Assembly (NCBI GenBank): GCA_951406725.2
Contig: OX597814.1
Span: 224,626,001 to 224,690,000, forward strand
DNA length: 64,000 nt
Direction: 5' to 3'
From: Octopus vulgaris
Lineage: Eukaryota
How positions within the stretch are numbered: position 1 is the stretch's first letter; every line of letters starts with the position of its first letter. Below the pieces are notes generated by a model that was given only the letters and a program-made list of their open reading frames with translations, did no database searches and had not been told where the DNA came from. Position numbers and translations under genes: made by a program. This document shows positions 25,784 to 39,554 of this stretch, in pieces.

Positions 25784-26315
25784 GGTCATGCTGGCCTCAG
25801 CCGGCTTTGAACTCAGAACGTAAAGATCGTTAAATAAATACCGTTTAGTGTTTTTCCCGACGCCTTGACATTCTACCAATCCATAGATTTCATCTAACTG
25901 TCTATTAACTACAAAATGTTTGCTTCTCAACTGACGGGATTCAAGTTCGACCCCACAGCGAAGTACTCTTAAGCAAGTATTTTCTACCTTAATCTAAGAT
26001 CGATCAATTCTGAAGGCGGAAACTAAGAGGAAGATTGTCAAATGTGTAGATGTTCTTCTATTCTGTTGTTTATTTTTATCCATCAGAACCATGGCCATTC
26101 TGGAGCACTACATTTAGAACTGTTTATTCTGACTTCTATCTACCTTCATTTGTGTCTAGGTTTCCATCTCTTTCATTACCTTTTTGTCTTTTTTTAAAAT
26201 ACATGGCACCATCATTTACATTTTGTAAACATACTGGGAGGCACTTGTATAATTGTAGACCTTTAAATAACCCGACACACACACGCACGCGTGTATATGC
26301 GTGTGTATGTAAATA

Positions 26316-26447
26316 TAAGAGTGGGCTGATACGTTCCTCACGTTAAGGATGTCGCGAAAGGCCTGGTTGGAGGCCCAACCTTCTGAGTTCCTTCACATGG
26401 CTTAGAAAACCTAAAGGACCGCTGCAATAAGTGTGTGAATCTGAGAC
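26316..26447 (+). mobile_element. partial copy of the mariner MITE at 1824-2036
   Basis: Shares GAAAGGCCTGG...GGCTTAGAAAAC...TGCAATAAGTGTGTGAA. Confidence 0.8.
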
Positions 26448-26839
26448 CGGGTGATGCGTCGGGTCCTTGAGCAGGACACTTCATCTCACGTTGATCTGAG
26501 GCCACTTCGACACCTAACACGTGGCACACCTTACAGCTGTTCAAGCAATATTGATTTGATGGAGGGAGTGAGATAGATACTTTACAGCACAAACATTTGG
26601 TCATTATAAACCAGTCAGTTGTACAGGTCGTTTTGGAAAACGCTGAACGCTTAGAAGTCGTCTTCGACAGGAGAGTCCATCGCATATATATATATATATT
26701 TTGATAAGCATAACAAATGCGCAACCGGTAAAAAGAACTTTCACCTAATTAAATTACTTAAATTACTTCAATTATTTGTCAGCATTTTCTTCATTTCCTT
26801 TCTTATATATCACCACTCGTGTTCGACATCTCCTTTTTT

Positions 26840-26881
<42 letters not shown>

Positions 26882-26882
<1 letters not shown>

Positions 26883-27264
26883 TAGCAGTATCGCCCGGCG
26901 TTGCTCAGGTTTGTAAGGAAATAACTATAAAGCATTTTTAGAGAGTTATAGTAAAAAAATAGCAAAAAAATGGGAAAAAAATGATGGTAAATTTTTTTTT
27001 TAGTTAAAAGAGGTCGAGTTGCGTCCCCTAGACAGTCTGTGGTTTGTGTTTCTGATTCTCGACCCCATGTCGAATTTATCGATTCTTTTCAGAACTGGGG
27101 GAACTTTTCAAAATTTTCGCTGCGTTAGTTTTGAATTATGACATTGGGCTATGTGTGTGTCAAGTTTCATCAGAATCGGTTGAAAGCCGTGGTCAGGGTG
27201 AGGGTACAACCTAACAGACACACAGAAACACACACAGACAAACTGCCGTTTATATATAGAGAGA
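26882..27264 (-). mobile_element. non-autonomous Helitron
   Basis: Minus strand starts A|TCTCTCTATATATAAA and ends with a subterminal hairpin-like CCTGAGCAACGCCGGG and CTAG|T. Confidence 0.8.
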
Positions 27265-27307
27265 TATATACATATACATATATATATATACATATATACA
27301 TATATAC

Positions 27308-27356
<49 letters not shown>

Positions 27357-27363
27357 CTTTATT

Positions 27364-27512
27364 TTTAAAAGCAGCAGAAATATAACAAAAGCTGTTACTC
27401 GGAGTTTCACGTTCCCGTTCGTCGGACAGTTTTTTTTTTAACAAAACTGTCCGACGAACGGGAACGTAAAACTCCGAGTAACAGCTTTTGTTATATTTCT
27501 GCTGCTTTTAAA
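27364..27512. repeat. 70-bp-arm palindrome (inverted Penelope-like pLTR)
   Basis: Arms 27364-27433 and 27443-27512 with a single mismatch at 27408/27468. Confidence 0.95.
27387..27433 (-). ncRNA. candidate type I hammerhead ribozyme
   Basis: CUGU-CCGACGA-ACG(GGAA)CGU-GAAA-CUC(C)GAG-UA^ACAG: all three stems pair; core has C at position 4. Confidence 0.6.
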
Positions 27513-27624
27513 TAAAGCATATTACTATTAGTCTACCTCTGGTATTTGAGTACTCTTTCTTCCACCTTGTGCTAGTCATGTTGCTGCCTAGGTCATCGTC
27601 AAATTTGTTGGGCGAACTATCATA

Positions 27625-27793
27625 TTCTTTTATTCTTTTATTTATTTCAGTCATTTAACTGTGGCCTTTAGTCGAACAAATCGACCTAGTACTTATTTTA
27701 TCGGACACTTTTGCCGAACCGCTAAGTTACAAGGACGTAAACAAACCAACATCGCTTGTCAAGCGATGGTGGAGGGACAAACACAGACACACA

Positions 27794-27854
<61 letters not shown>

Positions 27855-27952
27855 GACAGGCTTCTTTCAGTTTCCATCGGCCAAATCTACTCACGAGGCT
27901 TTGGTCGGCTCGAGGCTATAGCAGAAGACCCTTGCCCAATGTGCCACGCAGT
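27625..27952 (-). mobile_element. SINE family A, truncated
   Basis: Homology to the other copies. Confidence 0.85.
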
Positions 27953-28173
27953 AGCGTTTGTAATTATTTTGATTCGGTGTTATAACGAATTTGAAGAGTC
28001 ATGCGAATTTAAGAAAAACAGTTTCAATATTAATTGTCTTGAATTTTCAACTCTTAAGAGACTTTTCAAAAATTATCGTAAAACATAAGAAAGAAAGCAA
28101 AATGCAAATGTAAGTGGCGTGAGAAAATTAGCGGTTTCCTGTCGTAGTAGGTGACCAAATATAAATGTTTGTA

Positions 28174-29396
28174 CAGGGGTTGGACAAAATAATGGAAACA
28201 TCTAGCATCATAGTATCATAATTTCGAAATATCTATAAAACTGTCAAAAGTTTGTTTATTTTTATGTTTTTTGATTTACTATTAGTGTTGCTTAATATGT
28301 TTTGCTAAAATTGATGTTTCTTTTCAGATATCATCAGAAAAAGGTAATTAAAATTCATTAAAATGACAGATCTATCAGACTTTCAAAGAGGTCAAACAAA
28401 TTGTTGGTGCTCGTATGGCAGGCGCTAGCGTAACGAAACAGCTGAAATGTTTCGTGTATCAAGAAGTACTGTCTCGAAAGTAATGATAGCTCTGAGAAAG
28501 AGGGAAAAAGCTCCTCATCGAAACAAAACTCCAGAAGAAAACCAAAACTTTCAGATGGGGCTGTCGGACACTTATACGAATTATTAGAAAGGATTACAAA
28601 AGTACAGCTTCCAAAATTGCTGCAGAGCTTAATGATCACTTCGAGAACCCAGTTTCCACAAAAGCTGTTTCGCCGGGAGCTGCACAAAGCCGAATTTCAC
28701 GGGGGTGGGGGGGCTGCAATCAGAAAACCACTACTTTCAAAAACAAACGTTGCAAAGCGTTTAAAGTAAAACCTACAGAATTGGTCCCTAGAGCAGTGGA
28801 AGAATGTTATATTCTCGAACGAGTCATCCTTTACCTTGTTTCCGACCACCGTGGAGACAGCCAAAAGAAGCATTTGACCAAGACTGCCTTCTTCCAACTG
28901 TGAAACAAGGAGGAGAATATGTAATGATCGGGGTTGGGCTATATTTTGGAAATCCGCCGGCCCAGTGGCTTCCCTTCATGGCAGAATTAACAGTCAAGAC
29001 TATTTAAGCATTTTATCTTATCAAATTCATCCTACGATTGCGGATCTGTTTCCGGTGGGGAACGCAATCTTTCAGGATGATAATGCACCAATTCACTCAG
29101 CTAAAGTTGTTACTGATTGGCACGAAGAACATTCTAGTGAAGTTGAAAATCTTATCTGGCCACCACAATCCCCAGATCTCAATATTATTTAACATTTATG
29201 GTGCATTTTAGAAAGAACTGGAGACAGTTTTAGCTGAAGAATGGGACAAAAATTCCTATGGAAACAATTCAAACTTTGTACGAGTCCATACCGCGTAGGA
29301 TTCAAGCTGTAATTACTGCCAAAGGTGGTCCTACCCAACATTAAAATAAATTTGTTTGAAATTTTAAGATGTTTCCATTATTTTGTCCAACCCCTG
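28174..29396 (+). mobile_element. Tc1-like (DD34E) transposon, both ends present, inactive
   Basis: Perfect 30-bp TIRs CAGGGGTTGGACAAAATAATGGAAACATCT with TA TSDs; ATG at 28363 MTDLSDFQRGQ, FSNES, FQDDNAPIH, WPPQSPDLNII*; frameshifts present and the catalytic E codon is a stop. Confidence 0.95.
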
Positions 29397-30591
29397 TATG
29401 TAGACATTTGCCCACCCATTCAGGTTTGCGGCGTTCATTGCCTATACCTATATTGTTTTGTTATTTCTTTTGGCGGAGGTCTCGGCAACAAAAGCGTTCG
29501 TGACAGATTATTGACAACTTGGCGTTGAATGCCGTGAGTCAACTGAATATATGTGATGTGAGTCAGTTGAATATACACACACATATATGCGCAAATTTTG
29601 TCATGGTCATCTGACTAGTTGTAAATTTGTATTTGAAGTATCAATGAAATTCAACACTCACGATATTTTTCTTTTTTTTTGAGGGAGAGAAAGAAAAATG
29701 AAAAAAAAAATAACAAAGCACTGCAATGTTTGGAAAGAATCCTTTGATGTCGAAAATTTATCAAAAAAATCTGTTTCGTTAAAAGCACATTGTTATGGCT
29801 TGGGGTGCGACGTGGCCTACAAGTTGAAGCGCACCAAAAACGAAAATCTTCTGAAGGATTGCAGGGGGAAGGAATGCTAGTCATGGTTTTTCTCAGTCGA
29901 GGTTGGCTGCAGGGGGTTCCCTACCCATTGGAATGAGAGGAAAAGAAGGAAGGGTGGCTGTGCGCAGAATGGGAGAAGCAGCAGAAAAGAGCCTCTCGCT
30001 GGTTATGGAGCAAGAGAGAGGAGTTCAACTGGAAGCGAGGAGAGGATGCTGACCAGTGACTTGGTCACCTCTGCTGATCCACCAATGTGAGGGTGTTACA
30101 GTTCAGTGTCGAAATATTCGATGATTGTCGGGTACAATCTGGTGACATAAGTTCTTCCTGGTCAAAGCTGCATTCACTTTGGTGAGTGGAAGAGAAGCAC
30201 CTTCTTCTGTGTAACATCAATAACATTAATAAAAGAAATCATGTTTATCAATTATATTTTCCTCTGTTTACGTTAATAAAAACACAAGAGCCAACGACTA
30301 AGAAACAACCTTACACAAGAACGTTCCAACTACATCTAATTGTTTTATACTGTTAATGTATTGCATCAAAGATTTTCGTAATTCATCCCATATATAAATA
30401 TGATATTGTTCTGTTTCCCATTTATCCCATATATAAATATAATATTGATTGCTTCAACATCACTTAAACATTAATTTAATGGTCGCAATCTTTGTAATTC
30501 TAGCTTATATTATAATATATAGCCTAATCTACAACATTTTGTTGAATGCTTTTCCCCGCTTGATTATTTACCCTGTTGTGCATCTATTTTT

Positions 30592-30674
<83 letters not shown>

Positions 30675-31138
30675 GTGTGTGGCATGGATGCATCTATATA
30701 CTCACGTTTATGTGTGCTTTGTGTGTCATTTCATCTGTGACTTATGAATGGGTAAATATATGTGTATGAATGTGTAGACAAATCAAAGCGTGCAGCTACA
30801 GAGATGACATAACATGCAAGTAGACATACCTACGTGAGCAGATTGATGCACGCATGCATACATACATACATACATACATACACACATCCATTCATACATA
30901 CATACATACATACATACATACATACATACATACATACATACATACATACATACATACGTACATATACATACACATACATACATACATAAGACAGACAGAC
31001 AGATTGATAGACAGACAGCTAGACAAATAGACAGATAAATAACTAAATAGATTCACATGCATACACACACACATATGCATATATATATATATTTATAATG
31101 TATTTCTCTTTGTTTAGCAATCCATCGGTCTACACATG

Positions 31139-31201
<63 letters not shown>

Positions 31202-31389
31202 TGTGTGGTATTGTTAAATTTATTTTAAGAACTAATTGAATGCTAGCTGGAGATAAAGGAGAGTAAACAAAAGTAAAGAAGACAAAGCAACATCGGTATT
31301 AAAATCCCTACATCAAGAAAAAGATGGATGATTATGATGAATTGATATCTTTTACTCGGATAAATGTTTCAGGGACAACATGCACAAAT

Positions 31390-31900
31390 TGATATTGTTT
31401 TAATAGCAATTCTGCTTTCCTGCAGTTCACATCCATTGTTAATAGATGGATTCTGTTTGTTAATGAGGAAAGCGTCCTTAATTCTCAAATTACCGATGTT
31501 CCGTTCTGTTGCCTTGGTGGCAATCGTGATGTTTTCAATGCAGCATTTCTTTAAATGTTTCTTAACTGATGTGTTTGGGATGGCGAGTTCATTACAGTAG
31601 ACACACGGTTTCGAATAAAGCGAAGAACACCGACGCACGAAAGGAAATTTGACGAAGTTTTCGGACATGTAGCTGTTTCCATGTAGATAAGACCATATTT
31701 ATCACAGACTGTTTAATACGCTACGTTAGCTTTTGAGTACATATCCACATAGTATCTAAAGCTGCAGCTAACTGGCATTTAAACGATTTCCAGAGAGGAA
31801 TTTCAAGGAAGGACCAGAGTGCTAATCTATATACCTAAAGAGTCTCTCTGAATCTTTCAACGATTCGTGGCGGTGGTTCTATCGTCAAAATATGGCGCTA
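31390..31900 (-). pseudogene. Penelope-like GIY-YIG endonuclease remnant
   Basis: ...SVKKHLKKC...LRIKDAFLINKQNPSIN resembles the PLE C-terminus LxIxEAxxIxxxxPxIN. Confidence 0.6.
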
Positions 31901-32727
31901 ACGAGAAGTACTGGTCATCCGTGAAAGTCTGACTTTCTTTTAGTGGAGTATATTGGTATATTGGCGTTCTTTGAAAGATGACAGATGGTTTAGTCCAAAA
32001 GAACCTTTCAGAATCCCTTGATGTCGGTAGTTTTATCTACTACCTTGCTGCATTTATTGCACGTCTGGGAACTTTTATTTTGTGCGTAGGTAGCCTTGGC
32101 TCTACTGAGTAGGGCTGATTTGTAATTGATATTTTGAAGCTTATATAACGTAAGTTCCTTTCCGCAAGCCAGGAGACAATCTTCCTCGGTATTATGGCAA
32201 AAGATACAATATGATGTTTGTTGCACGACCTTACTTGCACCAGCCATGATTATTATGGGTAAGCAAGGTTGTATACCAGAGTGGGGGATGATAGAAGGTG
32301 AGATAGTGAGATGATGTGTAGAAAAGGCAAAGAGAGAGGAAAGGGGGAGGAGGTCAGTGATAGATGTACACACGCGCACACACATACATTTATATAGTGC
32401 AGAAAAGTGGAGAAAGCGAGATAAAAGAGCCTTGGGTCATAGGAGTAGTAAACACTGAGACTGACACCTGTCAAGATAAAAGAGTAAAGTCGTAGACAAG
32501 AGTGTCTTAACGTTTTTATAGTATTTGGGTCCAATGAGTTCCGATTTATCAGTCATGGCATTCAACTATTGCCTTTGTAAACACTTTCATAAATCACAGT
32601 CTTTCCTAGGGTGTCTGGCCACGAATTTACATACACATCCGCTGACATGGACAGAGACAGATAGACTCGCACATCTATATACACTGATTCACGCGCACTC
32701 ACACACCGGTATACATTTATAAAAATA

Positions 32728-32958
32728 GGCGGAGAGCTGGCAGAAACGTTAGCACGTCGAGCGAAATGCTTAGCGGTATTTCGTCTGCCGTTACATTCTG
32801 AGTTCAAATTCCGCCGAGGTCGACTTTACCTTTCATCCTTTCGGGGTCGATAGATTAAGTACCAGTTACGCACTGGGGTCGATGTAATCGACTTAATACC
32901 TATGTCTGTCCTTGTTTGTCCTCTCTGTGTGTAGCCCATTGTGGGTAGTAAAGAAATA
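32728..32958 (+). mobile_element. SINE family B, full length with 20-bp TSD
   Basis: GGTATACATTTATAAAAATA at 32708-32727 and 32959-32978. Confidence 0.95.
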
Positions 32959-33630
32959 GGTATACATTTATAAAAATATATATCTCTGTACACATACATT
33001 CCCACGTATACGTGCCAACACATTCATATACGCACAAGCAAAGTGCTTGCTTACTGCCTTCGCTCCGTCCCATATGTTACTTATGCATACGCACAAACAT
33101 CTATCTCTACAAGCCTTTAACGCACGTGTGTACGCGTGTTAACTTCTGCAAGTGTGAATAAAATATCCAATGGTGTTGCGTAAGAATGCCTCGTACATTG
33201 CAGATATTTTGTACTCTATCATACATCACATAATAACAACTTAACCACGACTTGTTTTACGGGTAAATTTATAAAGGCATTAGCTGAATACCACGTCTGG
33301 CAAACCAGAACTCGCTGATCCCAAATACCCTGAGAAAATCAAAACAGATTGTTGTTTTCACCCAACGTGTTATATAGGAATGGATTGTATCACCGATTAC
33401 CGCACCCAAATTGTTAGTGTGTGCATGTGTGCGTGTGCAGAAGTGTTAGACTTCTATATTTTGATTAGCTTATTTTTTTGCAGCCATGAAACAAATAAGC
33501 TAAATAAAACATGGGAGTCTAACATTGACAGAAAACTGAAATTTAGATTGTTCCGGGCATATTCACGAAATTGCTCTGCAATAGAACTCAGAAACTTGGA
33601 CCATAACACGAAACCTAGAAATTAGATGAT

Positions 33631-33836
33631 ACTCTTTTACTCTTTTACTTTTTTCAGTCATTTGACTGCGGCCATGCTGGGGCACCGCCTTTAGTCGAGC
33701 AAATCGACCCAGGACTTATTCTTTGTAAGCCTAGTACTTATTCTATCGGTCTCTTTTGCCGAACCGCTAAGTTACGGGGACGTAAACACGCCAGCATCGG
33801 TTTTCAAGCGATGTTGGGGGGACAAACACAGACACA

Positions 33837-33930
<94 letters not shown>

Positions 33931-34090
33931 TACGACAGGCTTCCTTCGGTTTCCGCCTACCAAATCCACTCACAAGGCTTTGGTCGGCCCGAGGCTATAG
34001 TAGGAGACATTTACCCAAGGTGCCACGCAGTGGGACTGAACCTGGAACTATGTGGTTGGTTAGCATGCTACTTACCACACAGCCAGTCCT
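33631..34090 (-). mobile_element. SINE family A, full length
   Basis: Homology to the other copies; internal (CA)n(TA)n. Confidence 0.92.
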
Positions 34091-34130
34091 AAACTATTGA
34101 GAAGAATTTTAAACACCAGTTGGAGAGATC

Positions 34131-35235
34131 TGTAGCGTAGACTCGGGTGAAAGTCCTCTCTTCCATTCATTATATATACGTGCATTCGAACGTAGCAAGG
34201 AACAGCTAGTCTTTGACCACTATTTGTATCCAGTTGTGTCCACTACTCTGATTGGTTGGTATTGGCGCAATGTGTCTCCTACTCGGTGTTGTGCCAGCTT
34301 GTCACATATAACCAGTCAGAGGCTCTGAATAGGATCACGTGGAACAGCCTGTTCACAACCCCGTTTTTAGCCTACAGCTCCATATAACAACAGCTTTTCC
34401 TCGTTCCGGGGTCTTTGACTCTAGACCTGTCAATATCTGCCACTGACCACGAAGATACAGCCAGTTCCAGCGACAACACCAGACAACACCACCACCACAG
34501 CGGCTACATTGAGTCTTACCAACTTCATCCAACAGCATTGCGGCAACCTCCTTCTTCATCGCCACCATCTCTCCTTCTTAACATCGTCAACATCATTTCT
34601 CTACGTACACAGCTCAGTAAACAACTCACCCAGGTTCCAACAGTTCACTGTTCGCGAATTATTTCACTACAGATCAACTGCGAATACACAACCTGCATGA
34701 ACTCCTGTGCAAGTCACCCAGGCAGCAGCATCACAGCCACGACTTCACGTACGACTGTGCCTGTAACCGGCTCAGCATCATGGCCGCGAATTCTTGATAC
34801 AGTATTTCATCTACCGTGTACGATTGACTACAAACTGGTATTATCTTTCTTGTGTCTATGAACTTACTTCTCACTTCGTTGGTTTGTTGACGCTTTCACT
34901 GCCCTCTTCTTCATTGCCATCCTTAAATGTACTCAATACACGTGCATACATCTTTGCCTACACACACACATACATTTTGTTCTCATGACGACCTGTCCAT
35001 TATTCTGTATTCATGATGCACACACAGACACACATGTTAACATATCAATATTCTCTTAATCTTTCTCATGCAGTTGTGTCTCTTTTCTTCTGGCATTTAT
35101 TTGTTCCATTCAATTTATCTGTCGGGACTGTATGATTCCTTTATTCTCTTTATTGTAGGGGCTGTATCATTCCTATATATTCCTATACGGTACAAAAGGG
35201 CTATTCTCGTCACCTCACGTCACACGGCCTTTACA
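34131..35235. mobile_element. solo LTR
   Basis: TGTA...TACA termini with a 4-bp TSD GATC at 34127-34130 and 35236-35239; removing it restores the LINE frame. Confidence 0.85.
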
Positions 35236-35479
35236 GATCATATAACCAACAGAGAATTATCCCAAGGCTTGTCACTGTTGTTAGACATCATTCGGCAGCG
35301 AAGATTATGCTTTGAGGTCATTGCCAAAGAGGTGGGGACCAACCGGTTTCTAAGCTTTTATTTTGGTTACCAGCAGGAGGTAAGCGGTGCAGAGGAGCAG
35401 GAATGATGATCTTTCCAAAAACGCTCAGAGAGGGGATACTGGTGTGAATTCTGATTTTGAAATCAAGGTGGGGGACAAA

Positions 35480-35527
<48 letters not shown>

Positions 35528-35753
35528 ATGTGTGTATGGTGTAGTGAGATCCGTCCTTCAACGAGGATTCTGTTCCATGAATTAAATTATCTCCTCCTGG
35601 GTTAATGTGTAAGCGGCTGAACATTCCACAGACACGTGTAACAATATTCTCGTTGTTTCTGTCAATTTTGTCTTCGTCTTACGCTTATGCCAAGGGAGAT
35701 AATAACTCGAGTTGAGATATATAGACGGTGTAGGGAAAAAAGGGGAGACTAAG

Positions 35754-35819
<66 letters not shown>

Positions 35820-36141
35820 AGGATCTATACGTTAACAACAGAAGTTTTAATACAGAAATTACAAAAATTCTAGTTTAAAAAGTAGCTCTAAAATAATATG
35901 CACAGAAAGTCCAAATACTTTTTGTTAATAAACGATTTCGAAAATCCACATTTAAGAGACGTTGAAAACTCGTTCAGATAAGACAGATTTTTTGCCATAT
36001 TTTCAGAGAGTTGCTAGGTAACTGAAAAATCTATGAAGGCGAGTTTCATTATATATCTAGCTGACCCCAGATTTTTATACATGAATCGAACAATGATTGA
36101 AACTAAAACGCAAAACAGTATTGAAAAAGATTAAAGCAATT

Positions 36142-36400
36142 TGAGTGGCTGTATGGTTAAAAGGCTTACTTTGCAATCACGTGGTTTCGGGTTGAGACCC
36201 ACTGCGCAAAATATAGCCCCGGGCTTCTACTACAGCCCTGGGCTCACCACTGTTTTATAAGTGAAATTGGTTGACAGAAACTGCATGGAAGCGACAATGT
36301 AATCGACTTACTCTATGTTTAGCCCCTTGCGGGCAATAAAGAAATAAGAAACTGCATGGAAGCCCGTCGAATATGTGTGTGTGTGTCTATGTGTGAATGT
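36142..36400 (+). mobile_element. SINE A 5' half interrupted by a SINE B tail fragment
   Basis: AGAAACTGCATGGAAGC is duplicated on both sides of the insert at ~36294-36346. Confidence 0.8.
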
Positions 36401-36732
36401 GTATAAGGAATTTCATTAGGACGACACGGGTGAAAGATCCTCAAAGAGCATCGGAATCGTGTTAAGAAAAATCTTTATGCACCAAATGGAAAAACAATAA
36501 CTTAGTTTATCGATCCATTACAAATTGCCGCAAATGATAGAGAGATCAATCCCGATCAAGAGGTCGACTTGTCGGAGAAGATAAGGTCCAACATGGAACA
36601 AAAAATGAAAGTGAAATCACAGGATATTCGGCTTTGCCACGTGTTCCCACACAGTTACCGCCTATTTTCCCCCCACAAGACAGTAATCGGTCCCCATAGT
36701 AGAAGACATTAGCTCAATAATAATAGCACCTA

Positions 36733-36948
36733 AGGCGGCGAACTGGCAGAAACGTTAGCAAGCCGGGCAGAATGCTCAACGGCATTTCACCCGTCTTTAC
36801 GTTCTGAGTTCAAATTCCGCCGGGGTCGACTTTTCCTTTCATCTTTTCGGGGTCGATAAATTAAGTACCAGTGAAACACTGGGGTTGATGTAATCGACTA
36901 GTCCCCTCCCCACAAATTTCAAGGCCTTGTGTCTTCAGTAGAAAAGAA
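36733..36948 (+). mobile_element. SINE family B, full length
   Basis: Head, core and tail 2. Confidence 0.92.
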
Positions 36949-37716
36949 TATTAACAGCATCTGTTCATCAAATTTACTGGCGGGAAGCACTAGAGCTCAA
37001 AATCATACTGGAGATCTAGCTTCTTCTTCTTCTTCTTCTTGGGATCGGATCCATAATGCATTTCGCCCCCATCACGTGAGTGTTTTTCCTGCCCCCACCA
37101 TTAGCTCAATTTCACGTTGTGTGCCTCTGCCAATGTAGTGGAGCAGTTTTCATTCTCTGTTGTCAAAGTCTTCAAATTACAACTTTCGCTATGCCTGTTG
37201 ATCATCATCACAGCAGTGGCCAGCAAAGCCTGCCCTGCACCGAGCATTGATAGAAGAGAAGAGCGAAATGCGCCCTTCAATGAACTCTTTGTTCTTATAC
37301 TCTCGCCATAAAACATTTTGAACCCTTATGAGAAACCTAGTATATGTCCCATACCAGTATATAGATGCACTATTTTACACTTGAAATTATCTGAAAAATA
37401 AAAAAATTAAAAAAATAAAAAACTGGGATGCTAGTTATACTTGTGGCAAAGCCAAAACTATGAAGAAAAAAATTTGGTATCAATACGTAACACTAAATTA
37501 GGGTTGTGATATATACATGAATGTGTCTGATACACGAGTAAATTACCGTAATTGCCAAATATTTTGATACTAGTTACAGTCAGTCAAGATTTGTTCTTTG
37601 TGTATCAGGGAGTCTCCTATTATCAGCAACATAGGGCTGAAGATAGCCGAAGTAATTTATTTTAATCAACTGTAGCTAAATTATGTATTAGCACTATACA
37701 AATATAATGGAAGGAG

Positions 37717-38030
37717 CGAAACTGCGTGGCTTAATGGTTAGGCTCTTCGGCTCACAACTGTATGGCCGTGAGTTCGATTCCTGGCGGCGCGTAGTGTTGT
37801 TAAATAAGACGCTTTATTTCACGTTGCTCCAATTCACTCAGCTGGCAAAAAATGAGTTGTTCCTGTATTTTAAAAGACTAGCCGTGTCAAATTCTGCGCC
37901 ACGCTGAATCTCTCCGACAACCACGTTAAGGGTACGTGTGTCTGTGGAGAGCTCAACCCTTGCACGTTAATATTACGAGCAGGCTGTTCCACTGATCGGA
38001 TCAATTGGAACACTCATCGTCGCAAACGAA
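37717..38030 (+). mobile_element. tRNA-derived SINE family C
   Basis: A-box TGGCTTAATGG and B-box GAGTTCGATTCC; homologous to 48270-48562. Confidence 0.85.
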
Positions 38031-38072
38031 ACTACCACGAAAGATATATGTCTGAAGGGATTTTATACTGTA

Positions 38073-38373
38073 CTGGCACTATGACCCGAAAGACATAACA
38101 CGTCTTCGCAAAACACAAAAATGCGCTGAGCCATACAGACTGTCTGCAAATGCGCATGCGCATTCAACTATTGGGCATAAGGGGTCGGTTTATCGATTTT
38201 TTAAATGGCTTTCTGGGGTGACTGTGGAAATGAAAAGATCTTCACGACCAGCTTCAGACAGTTTTGGAAGCCCATAGAAAATGCGAGCCTTTTACGTGAA
38301 AAACTGTGGATTTGTATAAAGGACACATAGACACACAGATACACAGGCATTTTGCCGTTTATAGATATAGAGA
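38073..38373 (-). mobile_element. non-autonomous Helitron, diverged
   Basis: 5' end TGCCGTTTATAGATATAGAGA resembles that of 26882-27264; degenerate 3' end. Confidence 0.55.
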
Positions 38374-39554
38374 TTTACAAGGTTTTCCTCCCTTTAGCTT
38401 TATATGAATAACAGCGAATTTGCAGAGTCGTTAGAATAGCATCGGATAGAATGCTTTGCGGTATTCGTTCCAACATTTGCATCTTTTCTGTTTGGCTGTC
38501 ACTTTACGATTTCTTCAATTGCACTGAGGTCGATATAATCGACTTAATCCCTTTGTCTATCCTTGTTTGTCCCCTCTATGTTTAGCCCCCGTGTGGACAA
38601 TAAAGAAATAAATATTTTATTTGTTTACACGTGACAATACGTGCTGTCACGCATAAAATGACAACTTCCAAATCCCGATATCTGACTGGGTAAAAATGAT
38701 CAAACTTTAAACCTCTGCAACTTTTTTTAAAACTGTTTTTCTGGAAAAGATTAATTATCTCCTGAGATTCAGCATGGAAAATTACATCAATACACCAAAT
38801 TGTAAAATTTTCACTAAACTTTAAAATTTCCACAAGTAGAAGAGACCCCAATACTTTGCGATCGAAGTACAAATTCCACTGAGATCGGCTTTGATCTTTC
38901 ATCCTTCTGAGGTCAATGAAATGAAATCCAATCAAGTACTTATGTCGAATTAAACGTTCTTCAACGAGGCTCCCAAGACAATCCGAAATGACACACCAAC
39001 TAGAGTACATTGCCATTGCATCAATATTATTTATCAATCACGTCGAGCAAAATGCTAAGGGGAATTTCGTCCGTCTTTACGCTCTGAGTTTAAATTCCGC
39101 TGAAGTCGATTTTGACTTTTATTCTTTCGGGATAGAAAAAATAAATACCAGTTGAGCACTGGGATCGATGTAATCGACTTATACCCACCCCCCGAAATTG
39201 CTGGCCTCGTGTCAATATTTGAAACATCAATGGTTTCTAACTATGGTATTGCGATAACCTACCGCTGTCGTAGGCGATATTTAAAATACTTTAGCCTCTT
39301 CCTTGCTTGTCCTAAACGTCCATCCTTGTTTTCAGACTTCTAGTTGTTAGCCTCATTTCATACGTTCTGTAATATAAAACTTCCTTTTCATAAATCTCAA
39401 GAATTTACTTCGTTGGCTGAAAAAGATTAGGAGTGTGTATTATACATGAAAGATGGATGCCAGGCAATTATGATCCTGTTTACGATATATGATACGCAGG
39501 ACAGGCGGAGTTAAAAGGGCGTCACTCTCATTCGAAGCAAGTCCTCAATAAAAA

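Larger units (their letters stand above)
33480..35440 (+). pseudogene. RTE-X-like LINE fragment split by two later insertions
   Basis: NKLNKTWESNIDRKLKFRLFRA..SETWT..LD / KLLRRILNTSWRD / HITNREL..DIIRQRRL reads continuously once the SINE and LTR are removed. Confidence 0.8.

Noticed and set aside
34415-34861. 148-aa ORF
   Set aside because: It lies inside the solo LTR and has no recognisable domain.
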